The notes below the pieces were generated by a model. It was given only the letters and a program-made list of their open reading frames with translations. It was not told where the DNA came from and did not search any database. A DNA stretch of 54,081 nucleotides, counting the filler, from Sphacelaria rigidula (lineage: Eukaryota): NCBI GenBank assembly GCA_964200075.2. It is 5 parts of 5 records of this genome, joined end to end, with 100 filler letters (N's around TTAATTAATTAA, not from the genome) between each part and the next. Parts side by side here need not be neighbours in the genome. Positions count along the whole stretch, not along the records: positions 32,511 to 43,246 come from CAXNAA020006008.1; positions 43,347 to 54,081 come from CAXNAA020006009.1; 3 more parts are not named here. One strand, written 5' to 3'. Shown here piece by piece: positions 38,441 to 51,168 of the stretch. Position numbers and translations under genes: made by a program. Each line of letters opens with the position of its first letter. Position 1 is the stretch's first letter.

Positions 38441-39213
38441 TAAGTTACATCCCCCCCATATGGGTGGGAACAAGAAACACCCCACACCTCTTGTTTTGAC
38501 CACAGCTTCGCCACGTTTGCCTGTAGATCGAGCGTCAACTGATTCTTCAATACGACCGTGTGCCGCAAACGCACACCCTGTGCTCATACTGTTGTGGATC
38601 AGAATGGGGGGGGGGCAACGACACTAAATACCTACTACAAGAAACATAGTGAGAAAACTCCAAGGAATAATGAGCACGTCATCAGGTGGTCCCACCCCTC
38701 CCAGGCAGAACACGAACTTAACACACGCTACATCCCTCATCGACTTGGTTCAGCGCGCGACAGCTGTGGGTTCTCTGATCGCGCGGCTCTTGACACAGGA
38801 AGCAAGCCGGCCCACGGCACTTCACAGCCCCCCGCATGGCCACAACAGCTGGGAAACCTAGTTTGTGATTTACACAATTCGTCACAGCGGATCCAAAAAG
38901 CCCGAAAATTGAACAACAGAAACAAAAAAGACATCTTTGTAACATTTTGGTTTGGTGCGGCTTCGTGTCACGCGTGAACGGAAAAACAAGCATCGTGACC
39001 CAGACTGGGAGTGTGGGCAGCGCACGCAAGAAACCGCAATCCAATCCTCTGCTTTGTCGCCGAGATGGCCGCTGTGAAAAATACGCACGACGACATGCTA
39101 CAAGAATAGATGCACAGCAACGACACAAGCAGCAGTACCTATCCTCCTGTTGTTGCAACTCTGCGTACAGGTGTACAACGACGTCAGTCACAGGTGTGTT
39201 GTAGAATGTACTA

Positions 39214-39702
39214 TTTCACTTCCGCTGTCCCATAAGTAAAGGTACCTCACTTTGTACGGACCCCTAACGATGTCAGATCGGTTTTCTTTCTTTATGAACT
39301 CTACGGTATTTTTTGGGTCAAGAAAATGTGTTCCAAATTTGCAGCTAGTGCTTGAACCATGCCGCAGAACGGCTGCATAAAAAAAAGTAGTCGGCCCAAA
39401 AGTGGCCGCTTTTTGCCGCTTCCCGAGGAGAAAAAAAAAAGGGTCAATTTATTTTTTCACCTTTTTTCCATCGCTCCCGCCTTCACTGGGGCTTGCTGCC
39501 AAGGAGTCTCACGCGTTCAAAGAAAGAATAGCAAGAAAAAAAAACGATACTCTCCTTCTCCTCTAAAAGGGGCAAAAAACGGCCATTTTTTCGACCCAAA
39601 AAACACCGTAGGGTTTATTGGAAAAAACCAACAAACGATCGGACATCGTGAAGGGCCCGTGCAAATTTAGGTACCTTTGATCTTGGGACAGAGGAAGTAA
39701 AA
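39214..39702. mobile_element. MITE with ~115-bp TIRs and TA TSD (Tc1/mariner-type), inserted in unit 2
   Basis: TA|TTTCACTTCCGCTGTCCCA..AAAGGTACCT ... AGGTACCTTT..TGGGACAGAGGAAGTAAAA|TA. Absent at the homologous site 34523-34529. Confidence 0.85.
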
Positions 39703-40609
39703 TAATAGTATATGTTGTATGAGCGTGGTCGTCATCTTCACGTGACGCGTGTACTTGTGATTGATACTCATTGGCTCATGTGGGCCTCATCTTTTCCGCA
39801 TACAGCCATCGGTGGGCACTTTCTCGAAATATAGTACCCAAAGTTGACCCCCATCCCGACCCATGACTGGCGATTGCCACGCAGAGAACTCTCTGCGGCT
39901 TCTTTTCCTGCGGTCGCATCACACATGCGAGCACTCATTTCGGGAGTGATGCATGTACGACATACACCAATGCACAGGGTGAGGATCGGCAATGTACACC
40001 CCCACAGTCCAAGGTACTCGTACACAACCCCTGGCTACGATGCGGACTCGACACCTCGAACGCTGGTTGGCGCGACAAGACATTTCAGCACCGGGGTCGT
40101 CCACCACGATACAGAAGTATTCACGAAGTACTCACCGTACTGCGGCACAAGCATGTGCAGTACCTGTGCTCAGTACACACCAGTACTGTGCATCATGATG
40201 CCAGCGTGATACGGCAGGCGACAGGACGATTTACAACGTACGGTCCTACCATATACTACCGACCAGGCACAGGGCGTGTTTTTTGCGGAAACGCTGTGTT
40301 ATTGAAAAGAAAAAAAAAGTGCGCAGCAACGGCCATGACCAAAAGTGGGGGTGGATCCCGTCTTTCTCCCACGTGATGATTCAATTCTTTCTTGTGACTT
40401 ACAGCGAGCGGCACAGCGCACCGTCACTGCCACAGGGAAACGTTCGTTCGCAGCTACCCAAACAATCGAATCTCCGCCCACAGAGTTGTGGCCTGAAAAA
40501 GATCTCGACGAACTGCCCTTCAGTCACAACGGCCACGACCTTCTGGTCTTCGGAATACTCCGTGCGCAATGGGATCACCAACGACACAACGCAACGGCTT
40601 CTTCTCCAT

Positions 40610-41222
40610 TGCACCTCATTCCAGCCTGCCCTTTCGTACTTTTCTTTCATACGGCCTCATCAACTATCAATAGCTGGCCATCTTTATCTTCGCATGCTCT
40701 CTACGCTATATTGTCATTTCAAGCTTCTCATGTCTCTGTGATATTCAAGTGAGTACATCCCCGACTCTGCTCTCAGTCCTGTATTACTCGTCGTGTTTGA
40801 GCATCCAAGCATCTTCTTAGCTGCTGCCATTTGTACTGCATCTAACTTCTTCAACAACTTCACGTTCCCGTACTATACTCCTACTGCATATTCTAGCTTT
40901 TGGTACGATCACGTTCAGCAGGATACATCTCTTAATCCTAATATCTGGGTACGAGTCTCTGAGGACCACGTCCATCCTGCCGATCTGTGCCTTACCTTTT
41001 CCTGATACTTGATTCGTGTGCGCGCCCCAACAACAATTTCTCGACATCTCTACGCCAAGGTATGTATACTGGTCTACGATCTGTTGTTTCTCTTCCCCCC
41101 ACTTCCATTTGAACGCGACCGGATTATTCTCATCTTCGTTACAGACAAGTATCGCGCATTTGTTGTTAACATTCGACATCACTCTTCATTTCCATAAGCA
41201 TTCCAGCGCCTTGTCTATCTCT
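40610..41222 (-). pseudogene. LINE RT thumb fragment, unit 2
   Basis: Reads WKWGEEKQQIVDQYTYLGVEMSRNCCW...VLRDSYPDIRIKRCILLNVIVPK. Confidence 0.85.
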
Positions 41223-41548
41223 GGGGGGGAAAAGGGAAGCCAGTCTTGACATGAATTCGATCCCCACTATGACAAAGCAGGGCTTATACCAATATACTGC
41301 TCTCGCGACATCAATCTGCGTGGCCTCTAGGGGGGCGGAGCGCGGCTCGTACGTCATCGGGGGACACACTATGGGGATCACTGTACGAAGCCTTGTGTAC
41401 GAAACACACGAAGCATTCAACTCCCGGAACCCACTCCCGTGCAAAGCTTACACATACAAGTTCATCGCCAGGATGCAAAAAGCAACCATAATGCCAACGA
41501 CCTCGACACACCGCCCATCATAGCCACGCAAAGAGCAGCCGTATATAA

Positions 41549-41905
41549 GTCGGTCGCCCGGTGGTCCAGTTGGTAGCCTCGAACCCTCTGACGGTTGGGT
41601 CGTGGGTTCGAATCTCGGAGCGATCTGGGATTTCTTGTCATGTCCAAAAGTGAAGAGCGACTGCGTCGTGGGTACACAACATTCGACTGCACGGTCGACG
41701 TGGAAAAGGGACTGCTGAACCCCTTTCGCGATAAACACTAAAGGTGAGCACTGCAGACGGAAGGTAGAGTATCGAAACAAAATATATATATGAAAGAACA
41801 AAACTCCCGTGTTGACCTTCCTCCTGTGTGTCCCCAGCTGGTGCGCCCACATATGCCGGAAGGTGCAGACCGGCGTCCAGGATGGATGGGACGACAACAC
41901 ACACA
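41549..41905 (+). mobile_element. SINE family A, unit 3
   Basis: A-box-like TGGTCCAGTTGG and consensus B box GGTTCGAATC. Confidence 0.85.
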
Positions 41906-41908
41906 TAT

Positions 41909-42700
41909 ATCATCATCGTGGGATATGGGTCGTGGGGTGTTGGTACAAGCCCACTGCCATAACGTCACTATCTTTGTAACAAAATCTACACCAGACCAAG
42001 CGAATATATATGACAAGAGGCTGGCGGCCAACAACAACGCCGATGTCGGAACGTGACGAGCTACTTGCCGGGGCCACACCTGGTCAGTGAGGATGCGTGT
42101 GTGTCCGGCCATCATGAAATTGATTCCTGCTCGGTCCAACACACAGCGACCAACCAGCAACCTCATATACCCCAAAGAAGATGTGGTTTTCATTCTCTCC
42201 GATGCACTTGTCCACTTGGAGGTTGCGTTCACAGATACGCGGGTCCATTCCATCGACGTTGCGTCTCGAAGGGGCGAGACAACACCTAATGGCTCGCATC
42301 TGCGAGACGCAACGTTGATGGAAGGGACCCGCGTATCTGACAATGCAACCTCCAAATAGACAGTTGCATGGGAGAAAACAAAAACCACACCTTCTTGGGG
42401 ATATCTGAGATCGCTTTTTGGTCGCGGTGTGTTGGACCGAGCAGAAATCAACTTCATGATGGTCGGGTACACACACATCCTCACTGACCAGGTGTTGCCC
42501 AGGCAAGAGGCTCGTCACCTACCGACATTGACGTTGTTGGCTGCCAGGCGATTTTCGTCACATACTCGCTTGGTCTGGTATAGATTTTGTTACAAAGGTG
42601 GTGACGTTAGGACCGTCGGCTTGTTTCAACATCCCCCCAACCACAACCCACAATTGTGATACATGCGTCTGCTCTTTTCGTGGCTATGGTGGGCGGATAC
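41909..42700. repeat. Long palindrome of a transposase catalytic-exon fragment, unit 3
   Basis: Centre near 42285. The right arm encodes LQIDSCMGENKNHTFLG, then a +1 shift, then YLRSLFGRGVLDRAEINFMMVGYTHILTDQV. Confidence 0.9.
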
Positions 42701-42819
42701 GTTATATCCCCCCCATATGGGTGGGAACAAGGAACACCCCACACCTCTTGTTTTTCAGCCTAGTCCGGCGAGAACCTGGCGTGCTCCGTCCCGGCCTTGT
42801 AGAGGCGAACCCCCGATGG

Positions 42820-43246
42820 GGTTGGCGTCGGTTGGCGATGACGCTGTAAAACACGCCACTCACGGCGTAAGCTAGCAACCGGGTTACCGATTTGGTTTTG
42901 CGCGCTCGCGTTTTTTTGCGGTGACCATCATGGTAGTCGAGCTAGATCATGTTGTGCGGCGTGGGAGGATCTGAACTCCGCACAATGGGGATGATCGTAC
43001 CCCGTAGTATTTAAATGGTGAGACACCCATGAGGCAGTGTATATGCCGTGGCTGTCTCTGGAAGTGGTGATACTAGAAAATAAAGCAACTCATTGTAGGC
43101 TGTCATCCAAATGCAAGACAATCAGTGGGCCTCGGGCAGAAACAATCTTCGCAGGATGCGGCTCACCGTTCATGCGACTCACCGTACACACCACGGCGCC
43201 TCACGCTTAGTGATTGAGTGCGGGCCTGGTCCGGCGAAAACCCGGC
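42820..43246 (+). mobile_element. LINE 3' region (subfamily B), running off the contig end
   Basis: Aligns with 4672-5080. Confidence 0.75.
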
Positions 43247-43346
43247 NNNNNNNNNNNNNNNNNNNNNNNNNNNNNNNNNNNNNNNNNNNNTTAATTAATT
43301 AANNNNNNNNNNNNNNNNNNNNNNNNNNNNNNNNNNNNNNNNNNNN
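43247..43346. other. Artificial contig linker
   Basis: N44-TTAATTAATTAA-N44. Confidence 0.98.
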
Positions 43347-43404
43347 AGGGTGAGCTGCATCCTGCTAAGATTGTTCGGCCCGAAGCCTACTGATTATCTT
43401 GCAG

Positions 43405-43769
43405 TTGGGGGGGGATGGGCTTTGGGAACCTTCATAAGCATCAGAATATTTCCTAAAAATATGCAAATACACTCTCCGGCCGTGATATGTGGCCTCGCTC
43501 ATCCTGAGAGAAAAAAACGCAAATAATATAACCCCGTGCTTTTATCCAACAACTCCGACCTCCGTGAATTCCCGTACAAAAAGAACGCCACTTATGTTAT
43601 TACCGTTGTTCTTTGTCAGAACTCCCTTTTAACACGGGATGTTACACACTACGGATGGATTTGTTCCTCAAATAAGCGAGGCCACATATCACGGCTGAAG
43701 AGTACAGTTGCATTTTTTTCGAAAATATTCCGATGCTTATGAAGCTTCTCAAGGCCCATGCCCCCCCAA
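43405..43769. mobile_element. MITE with ~105-bp TIRs
   Basis: CTTCATAAGCATCAGAATATTT pairs with AAATATTCCGATGCTTATGAAG, and GCCGTGATATGTGGCCTCGCT pairs with AGCGAGGCCACATATCACGGC. Confidence 0.8.
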
Positions 43770-46700
43770 AAAACGATCCGCAATTTGTAGAATCCTTGGT
43801 GAAATACAAAGTTATAAACCTCTCGACTTCGTGCGCCTCGCGGGATTCATTGTCGGTGACCTAGGGTCAACTAATGCATATTGCTTTAGGAATAGAATAG
43901 AGCAGCTCCCAAGCCACATGCTAGAACCAAGCCACCTGTGTGCCCTACACTCGGATGCACTGACTAGCCGGTGGTAGATTGAAAGCAGTCTCTATTTTGC
44001 TCAATACTCACCACAACATGTTGTCGACCACTTCCACCCCTCCCGCCGTCTGGATATTCGGACACCCCGGGGGGTAGGTTGCTTCCTATCGATTTTCACG
44101 ATCCCTTGACCAACTCGATGGCTGAGTGCTGTGGTTTCTGTTTCATTTTAATGTGACTGCCATGGTACACTGTTCTTGTTGTGTGAAATTTGTCGCGGTT
44201 GAGACGTGGGCATTTTGCACAGGCCAACCGACTGCACCGGTTATCAAAACAGGCTACAGAACTGATGCAAGGCTGTGACTACGGTGCAGCCAGCGGGCAA
44301 TGCTGCTGCTGGAAATTTGCCGGGGACAGTACTGCTACGGCCAATCCCGCGGTCGATACCCCCACTCTCTGAACTACGACAAAATTGCGACCGTTGTGTT
44401 GTTAAAAAGGAACGCCGGGGGTCGACATGGGGCCGACAAGTGCATCCTAGACAGCTGTGTGACTTCTACCCTAGAGCTTTTCTACTGTTGATGGAATATC
44501 TGTGATAAGCTCTACAGCCATGAAGTGGTAAGGCTGCCGTGTATTTCAATCGAACATATTGGGATTGCGCGTGAACACAAGCTGTCGTGAGCTCTTGATG
44601 CATTACCGCTGGCCTATTGGTGGACGGGGAACATTTTCGTTCTTCAATATGTGCGTAGACACCCGTGTTACGATGTGTGGGCAGCACTCGTGATGGGTCT
44701 CCTTCAACACCTATATATGCACAGTACGGTACACTTTGTCGTCACTGCGCATTTTTCGACAATATGAACCTAGGGACTCATCGCAGGCGGAACAGAATAT
44801 ATGTGCTACTGTAACGGTTGAGTACAAACGGCATGTCTTCCGGTTGGCGTGGCGTTCAAGTGTGGGTTACGACCACTTGGGCACGTTGAGAATGCGCATA
44901 TCGGGCGTCAAGATAGCCTATATTTATATTTTGCAGTGCTGAAATGCGTGAGTGATCACGATCCTGTCGAAGTTGGTTGAGCCAATAAGTACGTACGTGG
45001 AGCTGTCTCTGAGAGCTTAGACCTCAGTGGGATGTCCACGAGTGTGTCCTCACCTTCACCTGGAGTAATTGTGTCGCGTGCATACCGTGCGCTTGCGGCA
45101 CAATATCCCGGATAATGACACAAAGTAGTTCCGTTCATCTCTCCCAATTTCCTCTGCATAGCATGCGCGCATCCGTTTTGGCGGCGCGTACATCACCAAC
45201 CCCTGTCGGTGGAAGACTGTCACTCCACGTAGCGTCAGTAGAGAACGATTTCGAATCATGATATTGTCCACCTGCATGGTCAACCAGGCGGATAAACACA
45301 CACGTACGGCGAAACGACTCACCACGGATGAGTATGCGTTCACTTCAGTATGCGCTGATCATATAGCGCAACATCCAGTACCCATAAAGAGTAACGCCAT
45401 CACTATTGGCACGCAATCAAGATATCACTCTGTTTGGTCGTACGCGTGAAGAACAAACGGCGTTTATGCCATTCAGCAAAAATGTCTTGAACGGACATGC
45501 TCCCTTCTACCTCCCCCCCTCTCCCCCCCCCCGTTTTTCAAGTACCAAAACATATTTGAGCGGGGGCAGAAACGGGAGTCAAAGTTAGGTTGAATTCGCT
45601 CTTACTGCACTTTCGCGCGCCCCACCCCTCTCTTGTCCACGCAAACTTCTTGATGAGGAAAATATCAACTACACCATAACGAGCAGCGACGAGTGTACAA
45701 GCTGCCGAAGGAAGAGCGTGGTATGTCGCTTCTCCATCAAACTTTCGTCCGGATCAGAGGGTGGGAGACGGAAGGGACAGGGCGGAGAACTTAGTTTGCA
45801 AAACCTAGTGTGCTCCTTCGAGTGGTTTATCCCAGAGTACTGAAGAGATGCTCGGCATCCTTTCAAACCCATCACAACGTCCGTGTTGAGAGGATTGTCG
45901 ACGCCCAGAGGTGAGCACTTGTCCATGTGGATAGGATCCACGAACCCGATCGACTGTTTTTCTGTCTGTGGTTCAGTCGGAGTGGCGGTGTATCGACAAG
46001 GACATGTCATGTACGGTTCATTTTCCACGTGATCACAGGTGTATATTTTTCGTGAATAACATCGTTGGTGTAACGTCTGATCGTTCAGGAACACAATTTC
46101 CAGTTGATTCTGAGGCGTCTTCGGCAGCAGTCGATCCCATAGCGCAAAGTCCATCTGTTCATTTAAGTTGGTGCTCTACTGCGGCCAAGCACTCGTTGTT
46201 GTCCTCGCTCAAGCATGCAGACACGGTAGTTATCAATCTGTAGCCTCGACGCCAAAAGTAGATATTACAGGAAGGATCTCGGCTCGACTTTTCAACAGCA
46301 TAAACACCTCCTGTGTGCACACTTCGTAGATAAAAAAACTGTGCCTCATGTCTCGACTGACCGGTACCTGAGTCATGTGTGATGAAGTTTTAATCGTGTG
46401 GCGCGAGGTCGGTCTAACGGCATTGACCTGCAGCAAATCTCGAGGCTTCAGAAGACATGAACTGATTGGATGAGAGCTGTTGTTTTGCGGCCATCCTGTT
46501 CGTTGCCCTGCTGCATTGCCTGGCAAATGCATACACGTGTACCTGACACTATTATAGCACCCTCACTCCCTGCCTCCATGCTCAGGATGGGATACTTTTT
46601 TTTTGTCGAATTCACAGACGCGAAACGTTCGCCGCGCTATTTATATCTATCGCAACTTACAAAGCGGTCGGGTTCATCCCAAAATTGCAAAAATATGAAA

Positions 46701-49700
46701 CCGTTCTTTGACAATACGTGAAGTGCACAGCGATGTTCGTCATGGGACAACCGTCTGCGCGTGCTACGAACCTTATCAGGGAGACATGCACAAATGCGTT
46801 CGCCACCACGCCCTCTCGGTCTAAGTGATGTAACTAATGTTTGTTTGCCCTGAAGACTGGGGGTGAGGGGTTCGAATGCCGGCAGAGGCGGGTTTTCCTG
46901 AAAGGTACCTGAGCTCCCTCGTTGAGAACGTTTGGTCATGAATAGCAACGCAAACGTATTCAACGGCTGTTAACGCGGTGTAGAAATACTGATCCGATCT
47001 GCAGTACCAACGTGCAAGGCGCACCGCAACGAAGAGGGGGGTTGATCCCTTCAAACAACGGACCCTTCCCGACGAAAGAATGGGAGTAGTGGTGTGGGGA
47101 GAAGAAAATGACTTTAGCTTGTCAAAGCCGGATATTGATCTCCTCTTGTCCCTACCGGACTGAACCCATGCTCACTGGACCTGTACTATTTTGAAAACCA
47201 TCAGGCCCTCAGCCCCCCCTGCCCCCGAACGGTTTCTTGTCTCTCGTTTCTCCTTTGCGTTGTGCTGCTCCGGGTTGTCATATTCTCAGCGAACGGAAGG
47301 GGTAACACCATCCACGGGTCATTTCTCTTCTCAGCAGGTGAAGCAGGCCCGTGGCTATTGGTGGTAGGTCGGCCAGCAACTGACGTTGACCCCTCGCAGA
47401 CTGTCGACGAGAGTGATATCGATGAGACGGGGAAAAGAGACGGCTGCAGACGATGGCGAGGGTCACCCTTCACCCAGCTACAAGGGCAAGGGGAATAACA
47501 GACCTATGAAATAGCCATGATGAGAGGATGAGAGGAAGAGTTCGAGGACTCGCGAGCTATCCGGGGTGAGATCGGCAAAAAGCGCATGTGATGACGAACA
47601 AGAATGCAGGCCTGAGCACTGAAGCATAACCTGAGGGCACACGGCGGCGTGCGCTTGTTCCTCGAACGTGACTGTCTCGACAATTACGGCGTCAGTCGCT
47701 GATCATGTGATATGCCTCGTTGGAACGGTGTCACGCGCGTTCGATGGTTATAAGCACCTGTTGGATTGGTCTTCACGGTGTTCTCAGTGGGGACCCCCGT
47801 ACCCAGAAGTCGGCGGCAATTGCAGGTGAAGCTGTGACTGCATCAGTGATCATGGAAATATCCGACGTTCAAATGTTGGCGTGTGTGAGTTTGCTCGTAT
47901 CGGTCTTCATGTGCGGCTGGCACGGCGAAATCTGAGCTTGTCGTAGAGAAATTATTTGCACGGTTAGGACGAATCATCACGACTAAGAATCACCAAATCC
48001 ACGATTTCTTCGGCCTAATTACCCAAAAGGGAGAAAACATTTGACCGCTGGTCCAAGGGGTATCCACGCAACTTTTGCGCCAATTCACGTGTCTGAGCTG
48101 CGTGTACCTGGATTGCAACGCTGAAAACAAAGCAAGGGATTGATTCGTACGAGTCGAATCAATTGTACTAAAAACAAGTAATTTCCAGACGAATCATTGT
48201 TTGTCCGACCCTTGAATTCATTAATATTCGGAGTCCAGCAAGACGCAAACCGTCAAGCTTAGCTCTCTGCCGGTACTATCGTAGAGTTGCCGCGGCATTA
48301 ATGTGTGTTTTTATCTGTGTCTGATTTCATGAGGATCGCGTTCGCATCCGTAGACAAGCTAAGCCCCCATGCTTCGCGTTTGAAAAAAAGAAAACTCCGC
48401 CCCATCAACTTTAGCGCTCCAAATGTCGTTGTAGTGGCCCAGCGGTATTCCAAATTAGGTGCTTCAGGTGTTGTGGTGGCTTTGATGGCGTTGTGGTTTT
48501 GTCCGACTTTGTGCACGGGGGACCCGATGGCACGGGGGGAAGGCCCTTTATTCATTTGGGTCGCACCTTGGTTGCTTCATGGGAATTACAGGAAGCTACG
48601 TCTGTGGCCACCATAGGTTTTGCATTTTTCTCCTACACCGTCCTTGATTTCTTCTTTCACTCCAACTGATGAGGCTACAGGTTATGTTTCCCCCGTATGG
48701 CTCAACAGTAATCTCATAACAAGATCTTCTTCAGCCCAGATTTTGATTTCCCAGACGCACAATGTTTGTTCGTGGCCGGATCAAGAAAGATAGTCGCGAC
48801 TCACCTTGCATATTACTGCAATAGCAACTCTTTTTCAAGCTGTGGTATACCGCTATGTACTACCTATAATACATCGCCTAAGCTCGATGGCAATTTGCCG
48901 CCTCCTCCTGCGCTGGTTGTGGTAACATGACGAAAACAAGACAGATATAGTAGGTACAGGGTCTAATGGAGCACTGACAGCAGCCATGGAGGAAGCGGCT
49001 ACTGGCAGCGGAGCCATGCCATCTGAGATCGGAAGTCTAACCTCCCCGGCTATTGTTGCCGATGGCGAGATGCGGCACGCGGTCCTTCCACAGCGCGCCG
49101 CATCTGCTGGGACTGCGCCCTTTTTTGTCCCTGCTTGGGGAAACAGCGCCACGCTGCGCTCAAGTTCGGCTGGAGAGACGCATCGGGTGGTCCTCGCAGC
49201 CAGAGGAAGGGAAATACTGTAGTGGAAACGACCACCGGCGTTGGGAGGTTATCTTCCAAGGCCGGAACTCGCCCTTTGGGGTCGAAGTCGATATTCCCCC
49301 GGTCTAGCCCACGAGCTCTCTGAACCCTTGGAACCCCCCCCCCCCCCGACATCGAGCTCTACCTGTGGTAATGCGAATCAAACCAGGAGTGATCTGAGCG
49401 CAGCCGATGCGATAGAGCAACGACAACTGCAAACTGCTTGCACTGTAGCTGTGGGGGAAAACGAACTCATGCGCGGTGCCGGCGCCGGTGGGGGGTGGGG
49501 AGTGAGAGCGGGGGCCGGCGCGAGCCATCCAAGCGGATACCGTTCCTGAGTCAGGATTCAGCACGTGTTCCCTCTCACGGTAAAGCCGAAATGCCTGGTT
49601 CTACTGGTGAACAGGGTGACGGGTGGGGGGGGGCAGCGGCGTTAGTGGAAGGGGAGTGCAACGCAAGGAGTCTGTTCGGCAGTCAAAGCGTTGGGAAGGG

Positions 49701-51168
49701 TTGGGTTTGGAGGATATACTTTTCCTTAATGACGTGAGTTTGTGCGGGTGCACATTGCTTCGGTTGATATGTACGGCTCTGAACGATCACGTGGCTCATA
49801 TCTTACGGGATGGAGTCTCAGTACTCACCGCAATCTAGGTAACCTCCCCACTGTGTACATGGAACATGTCATTTGGCGGTACATTGTATATGGTGGCCCA
49901 CGTGTACATCGAATCGAAGTTTGCATGGCGAAATACAAGCAAGACAAGCTTCGTTCCTGCAGCGATACCGAGCTGTGGGGACTCTCAATATGACACAAGT
50001 TCGCTGTTCTGATTATGAGTTTGACTTGCAGGGCATATAATGATTCTGGACGTGCTCAGATCCTATGATCGGCTTCAGAAGGCTACCATTCCGTAGTTAT
50101 CATCTTGTCTCCGCCTAGAAGAAAGGCCGTTCCGGGAAGCTACCTCAGAACATACTTAAACCGTTGCGGTTGGAGACGACATTTCGAGCCTACTTTTCCG
50201 ATACGATGCTGTATCACCCGGCGAAGGTACAGAAATACTTCAGTCAATTCTCGACAACCGGCTCTAAAACAATGTACCAACAGTGAGTTATACGGACCGG
50301 TAAAGTTTTCTGATGACGCAGGATACCGCCGAAACGTGAGATAGATGTCGAGGAGGGCATGTTGTTCACACGACCGTTTGCTTCGATGTTCGTTCGGATT
50401 GCACTGACGACACCGTTCGTCGTGCAGGTCAAAACTGCGGAAAACTGGGAAATGGTGCATGACCTGGGAGAAGCTCATGAGATATGAGGTCGGACAATGG
50501 TATGTGAGGAAACATGATTCCTGTTGGTCGTCACTAACACATTCGCAGCAATACGAGTAGTTGTGTTCTCCCACTTACAGCCAATGATACGTTACCATAC
50601 TGCTCCGACTCTGGTCCTTCGAATATTTTGGTGGTCGATATCCGCACGACGGCGATGAACGTAATATCGTCAGTGGAGGACTACCGAGCGCGGAGTCAGC
50701 AAGCAGGAGAGGAGGCCGAGCTCACAGCTCCGAGTGAGTGCAATTTCCACCTTGTTTCACAAAATGGCTTGACGCCTTCGTACGAAAGGACCCTACAATC
50801 GACCAGAGAAAGAAAAATATGTATTGCGATACACCTGGGCATTATGTCGTCAAAACTATCGATCATCTGCCAAGTGCATCACAGGGTTTTAGAGAGAGTG
50901 TGTTCTTTACCTCATCCTATTTCGTGTTGATAGTATGTAGTATCGTGTTGATCCAGCATCGCTGTTGGTCTACACTATTTCTTGTCGACCGAGAATCAAT
51001 ACACAGCGCGTCATGTGCAATGATTCACGGAGCTCCCGGAACTCGAACCCTTCCACCGCTCATAGCCGTTCTTCACGGCGCATGCTCGTCAAGTAATTGC
51101 TAACCCCACCCCAAAGTCGAGAATAATTTGACACGAGCCGAAAATCAAGGATCGTTGACACCATACTG

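Larger units (their letters stand above)
32511..42755 (+). repeat. Head-to-tail tandem array of a ~4.3-4.7-kb composite unit (SINE-A + transposase hairpin + spacer + LINE fragment), about 2.4 copies
   Basis: Homologous blocks recur at 32511, 37172 and 41432. Unit junctions fall near 36935 and 41220, and the third unit is truncated near 42755. Confidence 0.9.

Noticed and set aside
47200-50740. Spliced gene on contig 5 (e.g. exon-like 50581-50733 and GC-rich 48950-49560)
   Set aside because: I could not build a stop-free, phase-consistent model or recognise a domain.
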